From the NCBI GenBank assembly GCA_028826165.1, contig JAPDFW010000104.1, forward strand, positions 62,001 to 126,000: a stretch of DNA of 64,000 bases, given 5' to 3'. Below are positions 1 through 14,703 of this stretch, piece after piece (position 1 is the stretch's first letter; every line of letters begins with the position of its first letter). The notes under the pieces are model-generated. The model did no database searches, was not told the origin of the DNA, and worked only from the letters and a program-made list of their open reading frames with translations. Position numbers and translations under genes: made by a program. Origin of the DNA: Anaeramoeba ignava BMAN. Lineage: Eukaryota; Protista; Anaeramoebae.

Positions 1-3000
1 ATGAATTATTACTTATAAATTTGTTGAGATTGTTATTTTTCAATAAGAGAATTGATTGAATATTTAAAATATTGAGTAATATTGGTATTGGTGTTTGTTG
101 ATTCAAAAGTAATAATCCCCAATCAATTCCAAATACATTAAATGTAATTTCATTCATTTCTGGTTTTCTTGAGTTTTTAATCAATTCATTGCAAAATTTC
201 AAAATAACATTTAATAATAAATAATTGATCTTCTCTTTTCTTGTTAATTCTTCAATTTTGGTTTTTGGTTTTTGGTTTGTATTTCCAGTATTTATTGCAA
301 TAAAATTTGCAATAATTTCTAATTCTTCTTTTTTGATTCTAGATTCATTGATAATAATTTTTTGAATCAAATCAATACAAATATTCACAATAACAAATTT
401 ATTTGTTTCTGTATCAATTAAATCCAATAACATTTGAATTAAATTAATTTTTGATAATTGTTCAATATTGAAAATAGATTTGGGATTATTGGAAATTAAG
501 GAATCAATGTTACTGAAAATGGTTTTTTGAACTTCTTCTTTGAATTGAATAAAAACATTTTTTTCAAGAAGTGTTTTTAAAATTGCAAGATGAATTACAA
601 CATTTGAATTTGGATTATCATTTACTGTGTTTTTAATGCAAATTAATTCAAATAATAATTGAATATTCTCAATACAAAATAATTTTGCTTGTTTTTTAAG
701 TGCATAATGGAATAAATTTAATGAATCAAATTCAATAGATTGATTGAAATTTATTGCGTTTGATTTCACCAATTCGTTAAATAATAAAATATAATGTGTT
801 AATTCATTTTCATCTTTGGCATTTTCAAATAATAAAAACATTGTGGAAAGTGAATTAATATCATGGAATTGAAGAATAAATCCTTTCTCACTGTAAACAG
901 TTACATTTCCTGCAAGAATACATAGCATATCTCCTGTTTCTTGGTTATCTGAAAGATTAATAAGAACATCTTTTTTCTTTTTATTAATTTTCTTTTTATC
1001 ACAATGATAAGCATCAAATGCAAATAAAATATTTTCTTTTTTCAATGGAAGAGAAGAAGGTGAAAATCCAAATAATCCAAAATTGTTTATAATTTCTGAA
1101 TTTTTGTTGAGTTGATTGAAACAATCTGAATTTAAATTCGAAAATGATAATTTGGGAAGAATTGAATTATCCAAAAAAGATCCATGATAAAAATTTGATT
1201 CCATAAGATAAAGTGTTGTTGCATCAAGAGATGAAATTGTGTTTGTTTGAATGTAAATTTGTGATATTCTCCACATTAAATCATAAGGTTGTTTTTGTCT
1301 TGATAAAGTTCCAAAATGCATTTTAAAAGGTAGTATTGAAGATGAAGGATAAGGTGCTTTACATTCTTGACAAAAACATCCATTAACATATAATTTAGCA
1401 ATACTTTGTGATATTCTTGAATGTGAATGTGTTAAAACCAAATGATACCATTTTCTTTGTTCGAAATTAAATTTATCAAAACATGTAAATGTTTGAATTG
1501 ATGTTCTAAGATAAAATTTATCACGTGAAATAAATCCTGATGTTACAGATTGTTTATCTTGATTTTGCAATGAAAAGATTCGGATTTGATGTGAATATTT
1601 ATCTTTCATTTTTCTTTTGTTATAATCAAAATATATCCAACATGAAAAAGTATATCCATTTTGTGGTGGCCAAAGTTTAGGATTTAATGAATCAATATAA
1701 ATATTCCCATATCCTGATTCTCTCATATCAAATTGTAAAAATCTTGGTGTGTTTCCTTTTCTGATTATATCAAGAAGTATTCCAAATAATGAATTTGGAA
1801 GTTCATTTGGTTTTGGAAGAAATGAAATGAAATGTTTTAAACTTGAAATTGATGAACAATATGGTTGAACATTTTGGATAATTTGGAATAAAATGGTTCT
1901 GAAATTAGATGGTTGTCCTATTAAAATTGAATGAAATTTTTTGAAAATGATGATACAAGTTTGAGCTTTTCCAATTTTTCTAATGTTTTTAATGTGTTTT
2001 AATGTTAAATATTGAATTTTTTGAAAGAAATCAATTTGTTTTTCTTGTGGTAATTTAGATATTAAAACAAGACAAGCTGAAATTGGTTGATAATGAGATA
2101 TTATGATTTGTTGATTTGATTCTTTATCTTGAAATGATGTTAGATCTTCAAATGAAAGCGATAAAAGAAGATTTGTTAAATTTGATATTTGTTCATTAGT
2201 TAATGTTCTTGCTTGTAAAATTGATTTAGGTAAAAGTGGTAATATTTGTTTTTTGATAAATTTTCTGTGTTTTGATTTTGATAATGCTGATATTATTAAT
2301 TTAAAAGTTGAGTTTATAAGTAAATCATAAGATTCGATATTTGGTATTTTTTTGAAATTGTATGAAATTAAATCAAGAAAGAAATATTTAAATCCTTCAT
2401 TTTCACAAAAGAATTTTTGGAATTTAGAAGTTTTTCTTTTAAAAATTGAAGAAGTAATAATAATAAATTCAGTTGTCATTTTTAAGTTTTCATATCTTTT
2501 AGATTTCATAAAATCAAATAATTCTCTATAAATATTTCCTTTTTCTTCATAATCACTAAGAATAATTTTTTTGAAAAGTTTAAGAGTTTGAGAACTAAGT
2601 TGTTCATAATTGATAACTTCAAATAAGAATTCTTTTCCATTTAAATTTAAGAAAGTATCAATATTTTCAGGGAAGTAATATAATAAGTTATCCATATTTC
2701 TCATTAAAGAGTTGAATAATTGTGAATCGAATTTAATTTTTTGATTTAAATTTTGATTTGAATTTTGATTTAAATTTTGATTTAAATTTTGATTTGAATT
2801 TTGATTTGAATTTTGATTTGAATTTTGATTTGAATTTTGATTTGAATTTTCATTTAAATTTTGATTTGAATTTTGATTTAAATTTTGATTTAAATTTTGA
2901 TTTGAATTTTGATTTGAATTTTCATTTAAATTTTCATTTAAATTTTGATTTGAATTTTCATTTAAATTTTGATTTGAATTTTCATCTTCAAATATAATTA

Positions 3001-5292
3001 AATCTTCTTCTTTATCTTGTAAATTATCTTGTAAATTATCTTGTAAATTATCTTGTAAATTTTGTTCGAAAATCGATAATAATCTTTTACAATGATAAAT
3101 ATTAACATCAATTAATTTGGCTTTAGATAAAATTGATTTATATTTTGGATCAATTTTCATTAAATCATTAAAAAGATTTAATATAACTTCAAATGTTTTT
3201 GCTGAATGTTTTTCTTGAATAAATCCAATTAATTCTTCAACATCACTTTGTGGAATTTCTTGTTTCTTTTTAACTAGTGTTGTAAAAATACTGAGTATAA
3301 TAATCTAAAATTTATTTTTAATTAATTTTAATTTTAATTTTAATTTTATTTTTATTTTTATTTTTTTACTTGTAATTCTTGATCAAAAGAATCTAAATTT
3401 TCAAAAAATTGTTCAATAGTTTCTGAATGAACTAAATAATAATTATAAGGATTCTCATTAATAATATCAACAATAATACTTAAAATACAAGAAAGTAACC
3501 CAACTTTTACTGAATCTAAATTATTAAAGAAAACTTTTTGTAATATTCTAAAAGCATCAATATTTGTAATTTTAAATTCATTTGAAACTTGTTCGTTTTT
3601 AATATTTTTGCTTTCCACTTTTTTCAATTTCAAAAAAACAAGTTCTTTTAAATAATAAAGCATATTTGAAATGTAATTTAATGGAACTTTTTCATTTTTG
3701 AAAACTTGATTAATTGATGTTAATAAAATTGAATATCCATTGTTCTTGTTAAATATATCATATAAAGAACTTGTTAAAGAAAAAGAATTATTAAGAATTT
3801 GTAAAAGGATGCAAATAATAAAAACATTTGTAATTTCAACTGATTTTTTTGTTGAATTTAAATGATTAAGAATTTCTTGAATAATTTTCTCAACTTCAAT
3901 AAATTTAATTAATTTTAAATTAAAATTCTTGTTTTGGATAAGTTTTTGAATTATTGAAATGTATTGAATCAAAAAATTTCTTTTTCCTTCATTTTGATTA
4001 GTTTTGAATTGTAATAATAAATCAAAAAAAGGTTTCAAAGTATTTTGTTGAAGTAAATATTGAATAATATCATTTGAAGAACATAATTTCAATTCAATTT
4101 CCAAAATTAAATGTGTAATTTTTGAAAAGAGTTTTTGACCTAAAATTAAATAAAATAAATTTAAATAAAATTATAAAAATAAATTAAATAAAATAAATTT
4201 AAATAAAATAAATTTAAATAAAATAAATTAAATAAAATAAATTTAAATAAAATAAATTTAAATAAAATAAATTTAAATAAAATAAATTAAATAAAATAAT
4301 TTAAATAATTTAAATAATTTAAATAAATTTACCTTTCATATCGTTATAAATAGATGTTGAATAATCAATAGATTTTAATTGATTTTTAGGTGATTCTTTT
4401 TTATTCAATAAATTTTCATTTTCAAGATTAATATAAATAATTTCCTCTCCAATATTTATTTCTGTAATAGGTTCAACATCAATTTCTTGATTTTCATTAT
4501 TATTTAAATCTCCAATTTGATTTTCCAAATTTATAAAATCATCAATAACTTCTTCTTTTGAATTATCAATAAAAATATCATCTTCTGAATTTAAATTATC
4601 ATAATCAAAAACAAGTTTATCAAAGTTTGATATTATTTCTATTAATTTAAGAAACTTTTCAGTAATTTTATCAGAAATGAATATTTTTGTTTTATCAATT
4701 TTGAGATTTATATATAAAATATTTGAAAGTAATTCAACAATATTTTCTTCTCTTTGTTTTAAAAAAATAAAATTCATTAATTCAATAGAATTGATTTGAG
4801 ATGGATTTTGAATAGAAAAGAAATTTGAAAAAATTGAAGAAATTCTTTGTGATAAAATATTTGAAAATTGAGATTGATAAGCAAACCTAAATTTAAAAAT
4901 AAATTTAAATATAAATATAAATTAAGAATTTTTTTTTATTTAAATTTTTTTTTTTACTGATTTAATTTTGTATTTGGAAGTGAATTATAAGAAAAACAAT
5001 AATAAAATAATAAATTAATTTCTTTAAATTTTGATAATTTTTTTGATTGATTTTGTTCTTTTGTAAATTGAATATAATTTTCTTTTAATTTTTTCATATT
5101 TTTATCAAGATCTTCAAAAGAAATTTTCATTCTTTTTTCAATTATAAGTTTTTCTTCAATTTTTTGTTGTTGTTTTTGTTGAATTTGAAGTTGTTTTTGT
5201 TGTTTTTGTTGATTTTCTTTTGTTTTTTTATTTTTATAATTTTGAACTAATTGTTTTTGATAAGCGTTATTAAAAGGAATAGATCTTCTCAT
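1..5292 (-). CDS. N-terminal part of a large BEACH-family protein (LvsA/WDFY3/ALFY-like); continues beyond the left window edge
   Basis: Exons 5292-4958, 4886-4333, 4139-3370 and 3304-<1, joined by GT-AG introns 4887-4957, 4140-4332 and 3305-3369. The last exon encodes ConA/LamG-like motifs typical of BEACH proteins (WPPQNGYTFSCWIYFD; KWYHLVLTHSHSRISQSIAKLYVNG). The BEACH domain itself is not in the window. Confidence 0.75.
2740..2990 (-). repeat. Coding 12-bp repeat (QNLN/QNSN/ENLN) inside the BEACH-family gene
   Basis: (aattttgatttg/aattttgattta)n on the plus strand; this explains the spurious + ORF 2758-2997. Confidence 0.85.
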
Positions 5293-5441
5293 TATTATTA
5301 TTATTATTAATTAATAATAAAGAATTTAAAAAAAAAGAAATTTTAAAAAAGAAAAAAATGAAAAAGAAAAAAATTAAAAAAAATTTTTTTTCATTTTTTC
5401 TTTTTAAAATTAAATAGAAAATAGAAAATAGAAAATAGAAA

Positions 5442-7632
5442 ATGGCAGAAATTATTCAAAAAAAATTAGAAGAAATGGTTCCTGAACTTGAATATTTAGA
5501 AAAGAGAGGAATTTTTAATAAAGAAGAAATTTTAAAAATTTTTAATAAAAGAAAAGAATTTGAATATCAAATTACAAGAAAAAATCAAAAAAAAATAGAT
5601 TTTCTTTATTATATTCAATATGAAATGAATTTAGAAATTTTAAAAGAAAAAAGATTAAAAGAAAGATCACAAATTAAAAAGAAATCTCAATATGATTTTG
5701 AAAGTAGAAAAGTAAATTAAAAAAATTTTAAATTAAAAAATTAAAACAAAAAAATTAATTTAAATAAATAAATAGAAAATTTATAATTTATTTCAAAGAG
5801 CTATTAAAAGATTTCCAAATGATCTTAGATTTGTTCTTCAATTTATTCAATATTGCAAAAAAATTAATAATAATAAGAAAATAAGTCAAATTTATGCAAA
5901 TTCTCTTCAATTTCATCCAGAAAATGAAGATCTTTGGATTTTATCTGCTAGTTTTGAATTTGAAAATAATTTAAACATGAATACTTCAAGAAAAATTCTT
6001 CAACGTGCTTTGAAAACAATTCCAAATTCAAAAAAATTATGGCATGAATATTTTAGAATGGAATGTATTTATGTTGATCAAATGAGTAAAAGATTAAATG
6101 AAAATGAAAATGAAAATGAAAATGAAAATGAAAATGAAAATGAAAATGAAAATGAAAATGAAAACTAAATGAAAATGAAAATGAAAATGAAAATGAAAAT
6201 GAAAATGAAAATGAAAATCAAATTGAAAATCGAAAATGAAAATCAAAATCAAAATCAAAATCAAAATCAAAATCAAAATCAAAATCAAATTAAAAATGAA
6301 ATTGAAAATGCTTTACAAAAAGATGATGAAAATATCCTTAATTTAGATAATCAAATAAAACATTCTCAACAATTAAAAAATTTCCTTAATTTTGCAATTC
6401 CAAAAATTATATTCAAAAATGCTATTGAAAAAATCTCAAATGATATTCAATTTAGAGCTGATTTTATCCCAATATCAAGAACTTTCTCTAATTCAGATTC
6501 ATTAATTGATGAAATTTATCAAAGTATTCAAAATGATTTCCCAAATTTACCAAAACAATTCATGTTGATTTCTGAAAGATATTTTGATGAGATTATATTG
6601 AAAAAATTACAAAATGAAAATGAATTTAAAAAATCATTCGAATTTGCAAAAGAAAATTATCAAAAAATACTTGAAAAAAACAATTCATTAGAAATTTGGA
6701 AATATTACATTTTATTCCATAAAAAGATTCTTTCTGTTACAAAAATTACAAACAATGAATTAATCAATTCTATTTTAAACAATTTCCAAAACGTTTATTA
6801 CAAAGCTTTCCAATCATTAAACAAAATTGATTCAAATTTACTTCTTGAAGTTATTGATTTCTTTTTATCATCAAGAAATATTAAAAAAGCAGTTGAAATT
6901 ATTGAAGAAGCAATTTCAAACCAAAATAAATTTGAAATTACAATTCAAGTTAGCAAAAAATACATTCAATTAATTTCTAAATTATATTTAATTGATCCAA
7001 ATTATCCTTTTCTATTCAAATCAAAAGAAAATCAAAATTACAAAGAAAAACTTATTGATATTTTATATCAAACAATAAAAAATATTTCTATAAAAGAAAA
7101 TGAAGAATCTGAAGCAATTTTATGGAAAATATTTTTCAAATTAATGATTTCAATTGAATTTCCAAAAGAAAAAATAATTAAGATATTTTGGGAATATTTC
7201 AATTCATTTTTATATTCAATTAAAATTATTAATGAAATTGAAGAAATTAAAATAATAATAATAAGATGGTTATATTTCAATTTTAAAATCAAAGAAGCAA
7301 GAAAAGAAGTTAAGAAAATTATTAATTTACCAGGAAATGGAATAAATTTTTTAAAAGAATGTATTTCTCTTGAAAAAATACAAAAACAAAAAGATGAAAA
7401 ACAAGAAAAAGAAAAAGAAGAATATATAAGAAAAATATATCAAAAATTAATTGAAAAATTTGGTAAAAATAATTGGAAAATTTGGCAAGATTTTATTGAA
7501 TTTGAAAAGAAACAAAATCAATTTAAATCATCAAGTACAATTTATTGGAGAGCAATAAAAGAATTACCAAGTGATTTAGCAAAAGAATTTATTGAATCAG
7601 AACAAAATAAAATGAATATTAATTTCGTTTAA
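5442..7632 (+). CDS. UTP6: U3 snoRNA-associated protein 6 (HAT repeats)
   Basis: N-terminus MAEIIQKKLEEMVPELEYLEKRGIF..KRKEFEYQI..DFLYYIQYEMNLE is the UTP6 signature. Intron 5712-5775. HAT repeats (SRKILQRAL..SKKLWHEYFRME). Apparent frameshift in the (GAAAAT)n run near 6165. Confidence 0.9.
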
Positions 7633-7697
7633 AAAAAAAATAAAAATTTTTTTCATTTTTTTCATTTTTTTCTTTTATTTAATTTTTTTTATTTTTA

Positions 7698-10600
7698 ATG
7701 ACAAATAAATTAAGTCAAGAAACGTTAAAAAATAAATTAAAACTTTATGCAGAAGAAGATTCTTTTGATTCTTTTGATCTTAATTTAGAATCAGATGATG
7801 AAAATGAAATTGAAAATCAAAATCAAAATCAAAATCAAAATCAAAATCAAAATCAAAATCAAAATCAAAATCAAAATCAAAATCAAAATCAAAATCAAAT
7901 TGAAAATCAAAATCAAAATCAAAATCAAAATCAAAATCAAAATCAAAATCAAAATCAAAATCAAAATCAAAAACAAATTAAAAATCAAATTAAAAATCAA
8001 AATCAAACTTTAAAAATAAAACATCAATCATTTAATCCTAATAAAATATCAATTGTTGGAGTTTCTGCTAATACTGCTGATAAAGAAGAATATTGGGATG
8101 ATGATTTTGATTTTGGATCTGATAAAGAATCAAATAAAGAATTAAATAATAATAATTTAAATAAAAACAAAAAATTTAAACAAGCTCATTCTCAAAATCA
8201 AAATAATATAGAAAGTTTGGAATTTTTTTATTTAAAAAATCTTTAAAAAATTTAATTAATTTATTTTTATTTAAAAAAAAAAAAGAATTTAATTTAAAAG
8301 CAATTAAGTCTTTTATATCAACAGTTCAAATTAAATTTAAAATTTTAAAAGAATTAATTGAAATATTACCAGGTAAAAATTTAAAAAATTAAAAAATTAA
8401 TTTAGAAAATTAATTTAAATTTGAAAATAAAAATAGAACCAAAAGCAGTTATTGAACAAAAAATAACAAAAAGAAAACATAGACCAACAATAAAAAAATC
8501 CAAAATAAGAGTATTTTTTTTATTTAAATTAAAATTTAATTCAAAATTTTTTCAAATTAAAATTTTTTAAAATAAATAGATTAAATTTGAAGATGCAAAA
8601 CAAAATTATGAAGATGGAATTTTATCTAAAAAAAATAAAGATTATCAAAAAGCAGAAGAATTATTTAAAAAATCAATTGAATTATTGGCAAATATTCAAC
8701 AAATTATAGAGAAAAATTTAAATAATAATCCTAAAAATAAAATACATTTAAACAGAATGAAAGAACTTTGTATTAATTTGGAAATTAAAAATAGAATCAA
8801 ATATTCACAATTATTAAGGAAAAAAAAATTATTTGATGAATCATTTGAATTACTTCAAATTGCAATTGAATCAGCAAATTTACATGATAAATTGAAATTA
8901 AAAGGTTATATTGAATTAGAAATGGGAATTATTCAACAAAATCAAAGAAAATATAATGAAGCTTTGAATAATTTTGAAAAAAGCATAAAAACTCATTCAA
9001 AATCAAAATATTTAAAAGGGAAAAAACTCAAAAGAAGTTTATTAGGAAATCTTAAACAATCAAAACAAAATAAAACAAAATTCGATTTTAGAAAATATAC
9101 AGTCAAATTAAATACAAGAGAATTCTCTTCATTATTTGAAAAGAAAGATTATTTATTTTATTCCAAAAATTGTTATTATATTGCTAATTCTTTTTCTTCA
9201 ATTTCAAAAAATCCTTCTCATCAATTATTATCAAAAAATTTCCTTGAATTATCAATTAGATATTCTAAATTTTGTAATAAAATTTCTTATACTCAAAGAT
9301 CAGAAAAATTACTTGAAAAAATTGAAGAAGAACAAAATGAAGTATTAAATAAAAATCAAAAATCAAAAATTAAAAGAAAATGAAATTAAAAAATTTGAAT
9401 TTAAATTTTAGTTGAAAAGAAAAACTACAGAAATTATAATAGAAAGTAAAAGTGAAAGTGAGAATGAAAGTGATTGGGATGAAGAAATATCTAAAGCTGA
9501 AAATAATGAAAATATAAATGATAATCATTCAATGAAATTAGGAAATTTATTAAAAAAAATTGTAAAAAAAAAAATAATTTAAATAATTTATATAATTTAT
9601 TAATAATTTAAATTTTTAAAAATAAGCTTGAAGATGATGAAAATAATCAAAAATTTCCAGATAAATGGAAAATTATAAATCAAATTAAATCATTTATTTA
9701 TGTTGTTAAATATCAAAGACCACCTATTATAATGTCTTTATGGGCAAAATTAGAAAAGAAAATGTTTACAAATGAAACATTTAATATTTGGATGAAAAAT
9801 TTAGTTAAAGATTTTTTAACAAAATGGAATGAAAATTACAATGAAATTCAAAAAATTAATACTCAAGATTTTATTAAAAATATAAAAGAAGTTAGTTATT
9901 TATTATTTGTGTTTTTTTAATAATAATAAATAATAATTTAAATTTATTTTTCAAAAAATTTAGATTAATCAAGAATCAGGATTTTTATATGTTGAAATTG
10001 TAGAAATGCTTGTTTATGAAAAGAAAATAAATGAAGCAAATGAAGTTATTAAGAAATTTTTTGAATATTATGAATTAACAAAAGATTTAACAGAATTTGA
10101 ATCTATTAATTTATTTGATATATCTATTAATTTATTAAGAAAATATGCAACAACTACAGATTCAGCTTCTTCATTTCTAGATTTACTTCAAAAAGTTCAA
10201 AATATTCATCCAAATTCAAATTTATTAGTTTTTGATCTTATTCTTAATGAATATAATTCACATAATTTTGATGAAATTCAAGATATTGGATATCAATCAA
10301 TAATTGAAGAATATGTTCGAATTTATAAAGAATCAAAAATTATATTAAATGAAAATCCTGAAAAGAAAAATGAAAAAGAAAGTAATTAATTTTAAAATTT
10401 AAGAAATAAATTTTATATTAATTTTAAAAAATAAAAAAAGTTATTTGGTTAAAAGGAAATGCTTTAGCTGATTTACAATTAACAATTAACTTCATTTCAC
10501 CAATTACATTTGAAAATTTTAATGCTGATATGAATTTAATTAGTGCAGATGTAAATTGGATTCAAATTATGAAATCGATCAATAAAAAAATTGCAATAAA

Positions 10601-13600
10601 TGAAGAATATAGAATGCAAAAATTACTTGGAATTTGCATGAAATTATCATTATATGATTATAAAGAAGCAATTATGAGAATTAAATTAGGATACACAATA
10701 GGAATTTATTATTTAAATTCAGAGCATTTCCATAAAGCAGATCAAATACTTATGGAAGTTATTATGATATTTGAGAAAATTGGGAATAAAATTACAGAAA
10801 ATTATAAATCAACAGAATCAACAAGAAAAAGATTTGCTTCAAAAAGAAGTATAAAGAAAAGTAACAATGAAAATCAAAATTTTTACAGATCAATGATTTT
10901 AAATCCAATAATTTCAGAATTTGGAGCTAATTCACTTATGGTATTTGCAGATTCATTACTTGTGAATTCAAAATATAAATATGCATTATTAGCACTTGAA
11001 AATGCATTAGAAATACTCAAAGTTATTGATAAAACAAAATATTCACGATTACTTAATAAAATGGCAGTAATTTGTTATGAAAATAACGATTTGAAAAACT
11101 CATTGAAATATTATTATCAAATATTAAGAGGAATGAGAAAAGAAAAGAAAGTTAATGAAGTTGTTTTTGTATGTGAAGTTATGACTAAAATTCTTGTTTT
11201 ACTTGGAGAATTCCAACAAGCCAAACAACTTGTTCAAGAAGTATCAACATTTCTTAATTTTGAAGTATCAAAATCAAACAGTTTCAAACAATTAAATTCA
11301 CAATATGTTAGTTTACAACTTACTCTTTCAGAAATTCTTTTGAAAGGACTTGAAATTGAAAAAGCGATTACATTGCTGAGATTTTTAACAAGTATTTCTT
11401 TACCTATTGCACTTAAATCAGATACATTTATTCTTCTTGCCAAAGTTTATATGAAAAAAGGATGGTTTAATGAAGGAATTGAATGTTTAAAAGAATATGA
11501 AAATGAAGAAATTTCCAAAATTGAAAATCCAAATAATTTTGAAAGTTATCGAAATAAAAGTTCTATTAATAATGTTTTTGATGAAAATTATAGCAAATTA
11601 AAAAAAGAAAGAAGAATGAGTAGAACTTATTCAACAGGTCATGTTAGAAATCCAAAATTAGTTACTGTTCAACAAGAAATTAGCAAATATTATGAAATGA
11701 AAAATGAAAATAAAAACCCAAATCCATTTGAATTTAATTCAGATGGATTTACAGAAAATGAACCAGTTTTCAGACCATTTATAAGAGTTAGAACAAATTC
11801 ATTTAAATATAATCAAATGAGAAATCGACAAAAATATATTGAATTATCTGCAAGAATGAATTACAAAAACAGAAATTTTGGAGATGCATTGTTTTGGATT
11901 GATTCAGGAATTAAACTTCTTTCAAAAGATAATATTGCAACACTTGGCAAATATCATCTTATTAAAGGCAAAATATATGAAAAATTATTTACAAATTCAT
12001 ATCATCAACAATTCCCATTGAAAGTGGAAATTAGTTTCCCAAGAGAAAAATTAACCAAATTTGATGAATTTATACCAAAAACTGCAAAAGAAAAAACATT
12101 ATTTAATAATCGCAAAGAAATTGTTTGCAAAGCATTTAATTCATTCCAAAAATCTAATTTCTATAACAAAAAAACAGGAAATCAATTTTTAATTGGGAAA
12201 TCATGCAATAAAATTTCAGAAATATTATTGGAATATATTTTCCCAAATGTAGCAATTTTTGGAGAAGATTTAAATTATGTATTAAATTTGGATATTAAAA
12301 GTAAATATGAAGAAAAAAAAGAAAGAACACAAAAAAGTAATTTATCTGAAGAATTAATTATTGGTGATGATGATGATAATGATGCAAATCTCAAACAAAA
12401 AAAAACTATTCCAACTGAAGGAATTCCCAAAAAAAATAAAATAACACTTGGATTAATAGAAGGTTATGCAGTTCAAAGTATTGAAATTTCCACCAAATTT
12501 TTCCTTCCATTTTTAGTTTTAAGATCATATTTAAGTTTAGCAGAATTGAAATATTTACAAAAAAACACCAAATTAGCAAAAGAATTTTGGATTGAATGCA
12601 GAAATTTATTTTTCAATCTTTTTATGAATGGAAATGATAATTTTCTAACAACAAATGTTCCATTTTGTGTTCTTGGAAAATTATACAGAATAATCAAAAG
12701 AATGATTCGATTTTTATTCTGTATGGAAGCAGAAATGATATCAAATAATATTCTCGTTATTGATTCATATATATCATTTCAATTAGAAGTTTATATTGCC
12801 AAAGAAAGAAGTATTCATGAATATCGCAAAGAACTTACTTCAGAAATTTTTGATATTGATTTCAATATTAAAGAACAAAAAAACACCAAGAAAAACAAAA
12901 AAATTTCAAAAGAAAAACTTGAGAAAATGAAAAGTAGATTTTCATTCCAAAGTCCAAGAAAATTATCATATGATTCTATGATGCTTCAAGATGACGAAAC
13001 AAATATTTCATCAGATTTCTCAAGTGAAAAAACAAATGAATTTGGAAATGTTTCCACAAATGTTTCTGAAACAATATGGAGATTATTATATGGAATCAAA
13101 GTAAACAAAGCAAATCAATTACTTGGGAATCAAAGCAATGAAGAAATTATTGAAAGCAACAAATTATTGTTGAATCAACTTGTTAAAATAACAGAATTAT
13201 TAAGAACACCAAATTTTTATTTGAATAAATTTTTGAATGAACATGAAGATATTGAAAAAGCAAAAGATGATCAAGAATATGAAAAAATATCACCATTATT
13301 TTCCTATTCCATTTTAACCCAAATTCAACCAAAATTGAAACAAATTGTGTTTTTATTGTTAGTTGATGATTTATTGATTGGATATGTTCCAGTTCTTGGA
13401 ATTAAAAGTATAACAAGATTTGGAAGCAAATTAATACAAAAAGAAGTTGAAGAAATGAAAAAACACAAATCTGAAGATGATTTTGATTTTGATCAAAGTT
13501 TTAATGGGAAAATTACACTTTCTGATAGTGATGATGATGATTTAAACGATTTTCTAATTGATGATGATAATGAAATATCAGCAAAAATTAACGAAGAGAA

Positions 13601-14557
13601 AGAAAACAAGATTATAAAAAATCAAGGAAAAATTGAAATTTTAAAAGAAGAACAAATCAAATTACTTGAATCAATTGTAACAGGAATTGGAGAATCTAAT
13701 TTAGAAAATAAATATGAAGATTTAATAAATTTTAAAGAACAATTTTCATCAATAAGCAAACTTATGGAGGAAGTTTTAAGAAGAAATCAAATGGAAAAAG
13801 AAGAAGATATCAATATTCTTGTTTGCAGTAAATGGATTCAAGTTATACCGTGGGAAACTATTTATGAATTTTTTATAACAAGAGTATTTTCAATATGGAA
13901 TTTTACAAATGAACAAATTCAAGAAATTTACAGAAATCGAAGAATTCAAAAATCAATTGATCAAAATTCTGATGTTTATGAAGCTATTTTAAAGAAAAAC
14001 ATAAAATTAAAACAACCCAAATATTTTGTTGTTCATTCAGTTAAGAAATCAAAAGAAAAAACAAAAAACAAAGAAATTCAAATTGGATGTTTTCAAGAAT
14101 TTTTATATCATATCAATGAATTTGGAAGTAAAGAAGAAACAACAAAAGAAATTATGAAAAAAAATGGGATTTTCTTTTTTCCAACATTTAAAAAGATGAA
14201 ATTTATGGTATCAATTGATGCAAAAGAATTTAAAGTTGATAAAAAGAATTTAAAGATTTAATTAAAAAACAAATTAAAGAAGAAGAAGAATTTGCAGTTA
14301 TTGTTGTTCCATTTTCTGAACTTTTATCAATAACAGAAATTTTATATTTGATAATATTATGTGAAATGGAATTTAAAATGATAGTTATTCCAAGTAATTC
14401 TAATATTCAAATTTTGAAATATATAAGTAAAAAGCAAGTTTCAATATTAAAATTAATTTCTAGTAAAAAGAAAAGGATTGAATTAGAAGATATTTTAATT
14501 TCTATAATAATTGATTTAAAGAAGAATTTAAAGATACCAATCATATTATATTTTTAA
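7698..14557 (+). CDS. Giant (~2100 aa) TPR-like helical protein with a C-terminal CHAT/separase-like segment
   Basis: Frame is continuous through introns 8215-8285, 8373-8436, 8511-8579, 9342-9411, 9562-9626, 9891-9963 and 10382-10440. TPR-like units (MGIIQQNQRKYNEALNNFEKSI). Motif ILVCSKWIQVIPWE..ITRVFS. Probable poly-A frameshift near 14243 joins ORF 14348-14557. Confidence 0.7.
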
Positions 14558-14644
14558 TTTCGATTCAAAATTCATTTATAAAATTAAAATTCAAAATATT
14601 TTTTATTATTATTGAATTTTTTAATAAAAAAAGTGTTTAAATTT

Positions 14645-14703
14645 TTTTTCATTTTTTTCATTTTTCATTTTTTTCATTTTTTTCATTTTTTTCTTTTTTT
14701 AAA
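14645..14703 (+). promoter_or_regulatory. Repeated TTTTCATTTT (Inr-like) element upstream of the ATG (example: DCTN5)
   Basis: Five TCATTT copies here; the same strand-specific motif precedes most genes in the window. Confidence 0.55.

Noticed and set aside
6094-8013. Low-complexity ORFs (ILILIL, KIKIKI, MKMKMK), also at 40287-40771, 48914-50317, 57188-58683 and 59709-60240
   Set aside because: They are alternative-frame or antisense readings of hexamer and 12-mer microsatellites lying in real genes or introns.
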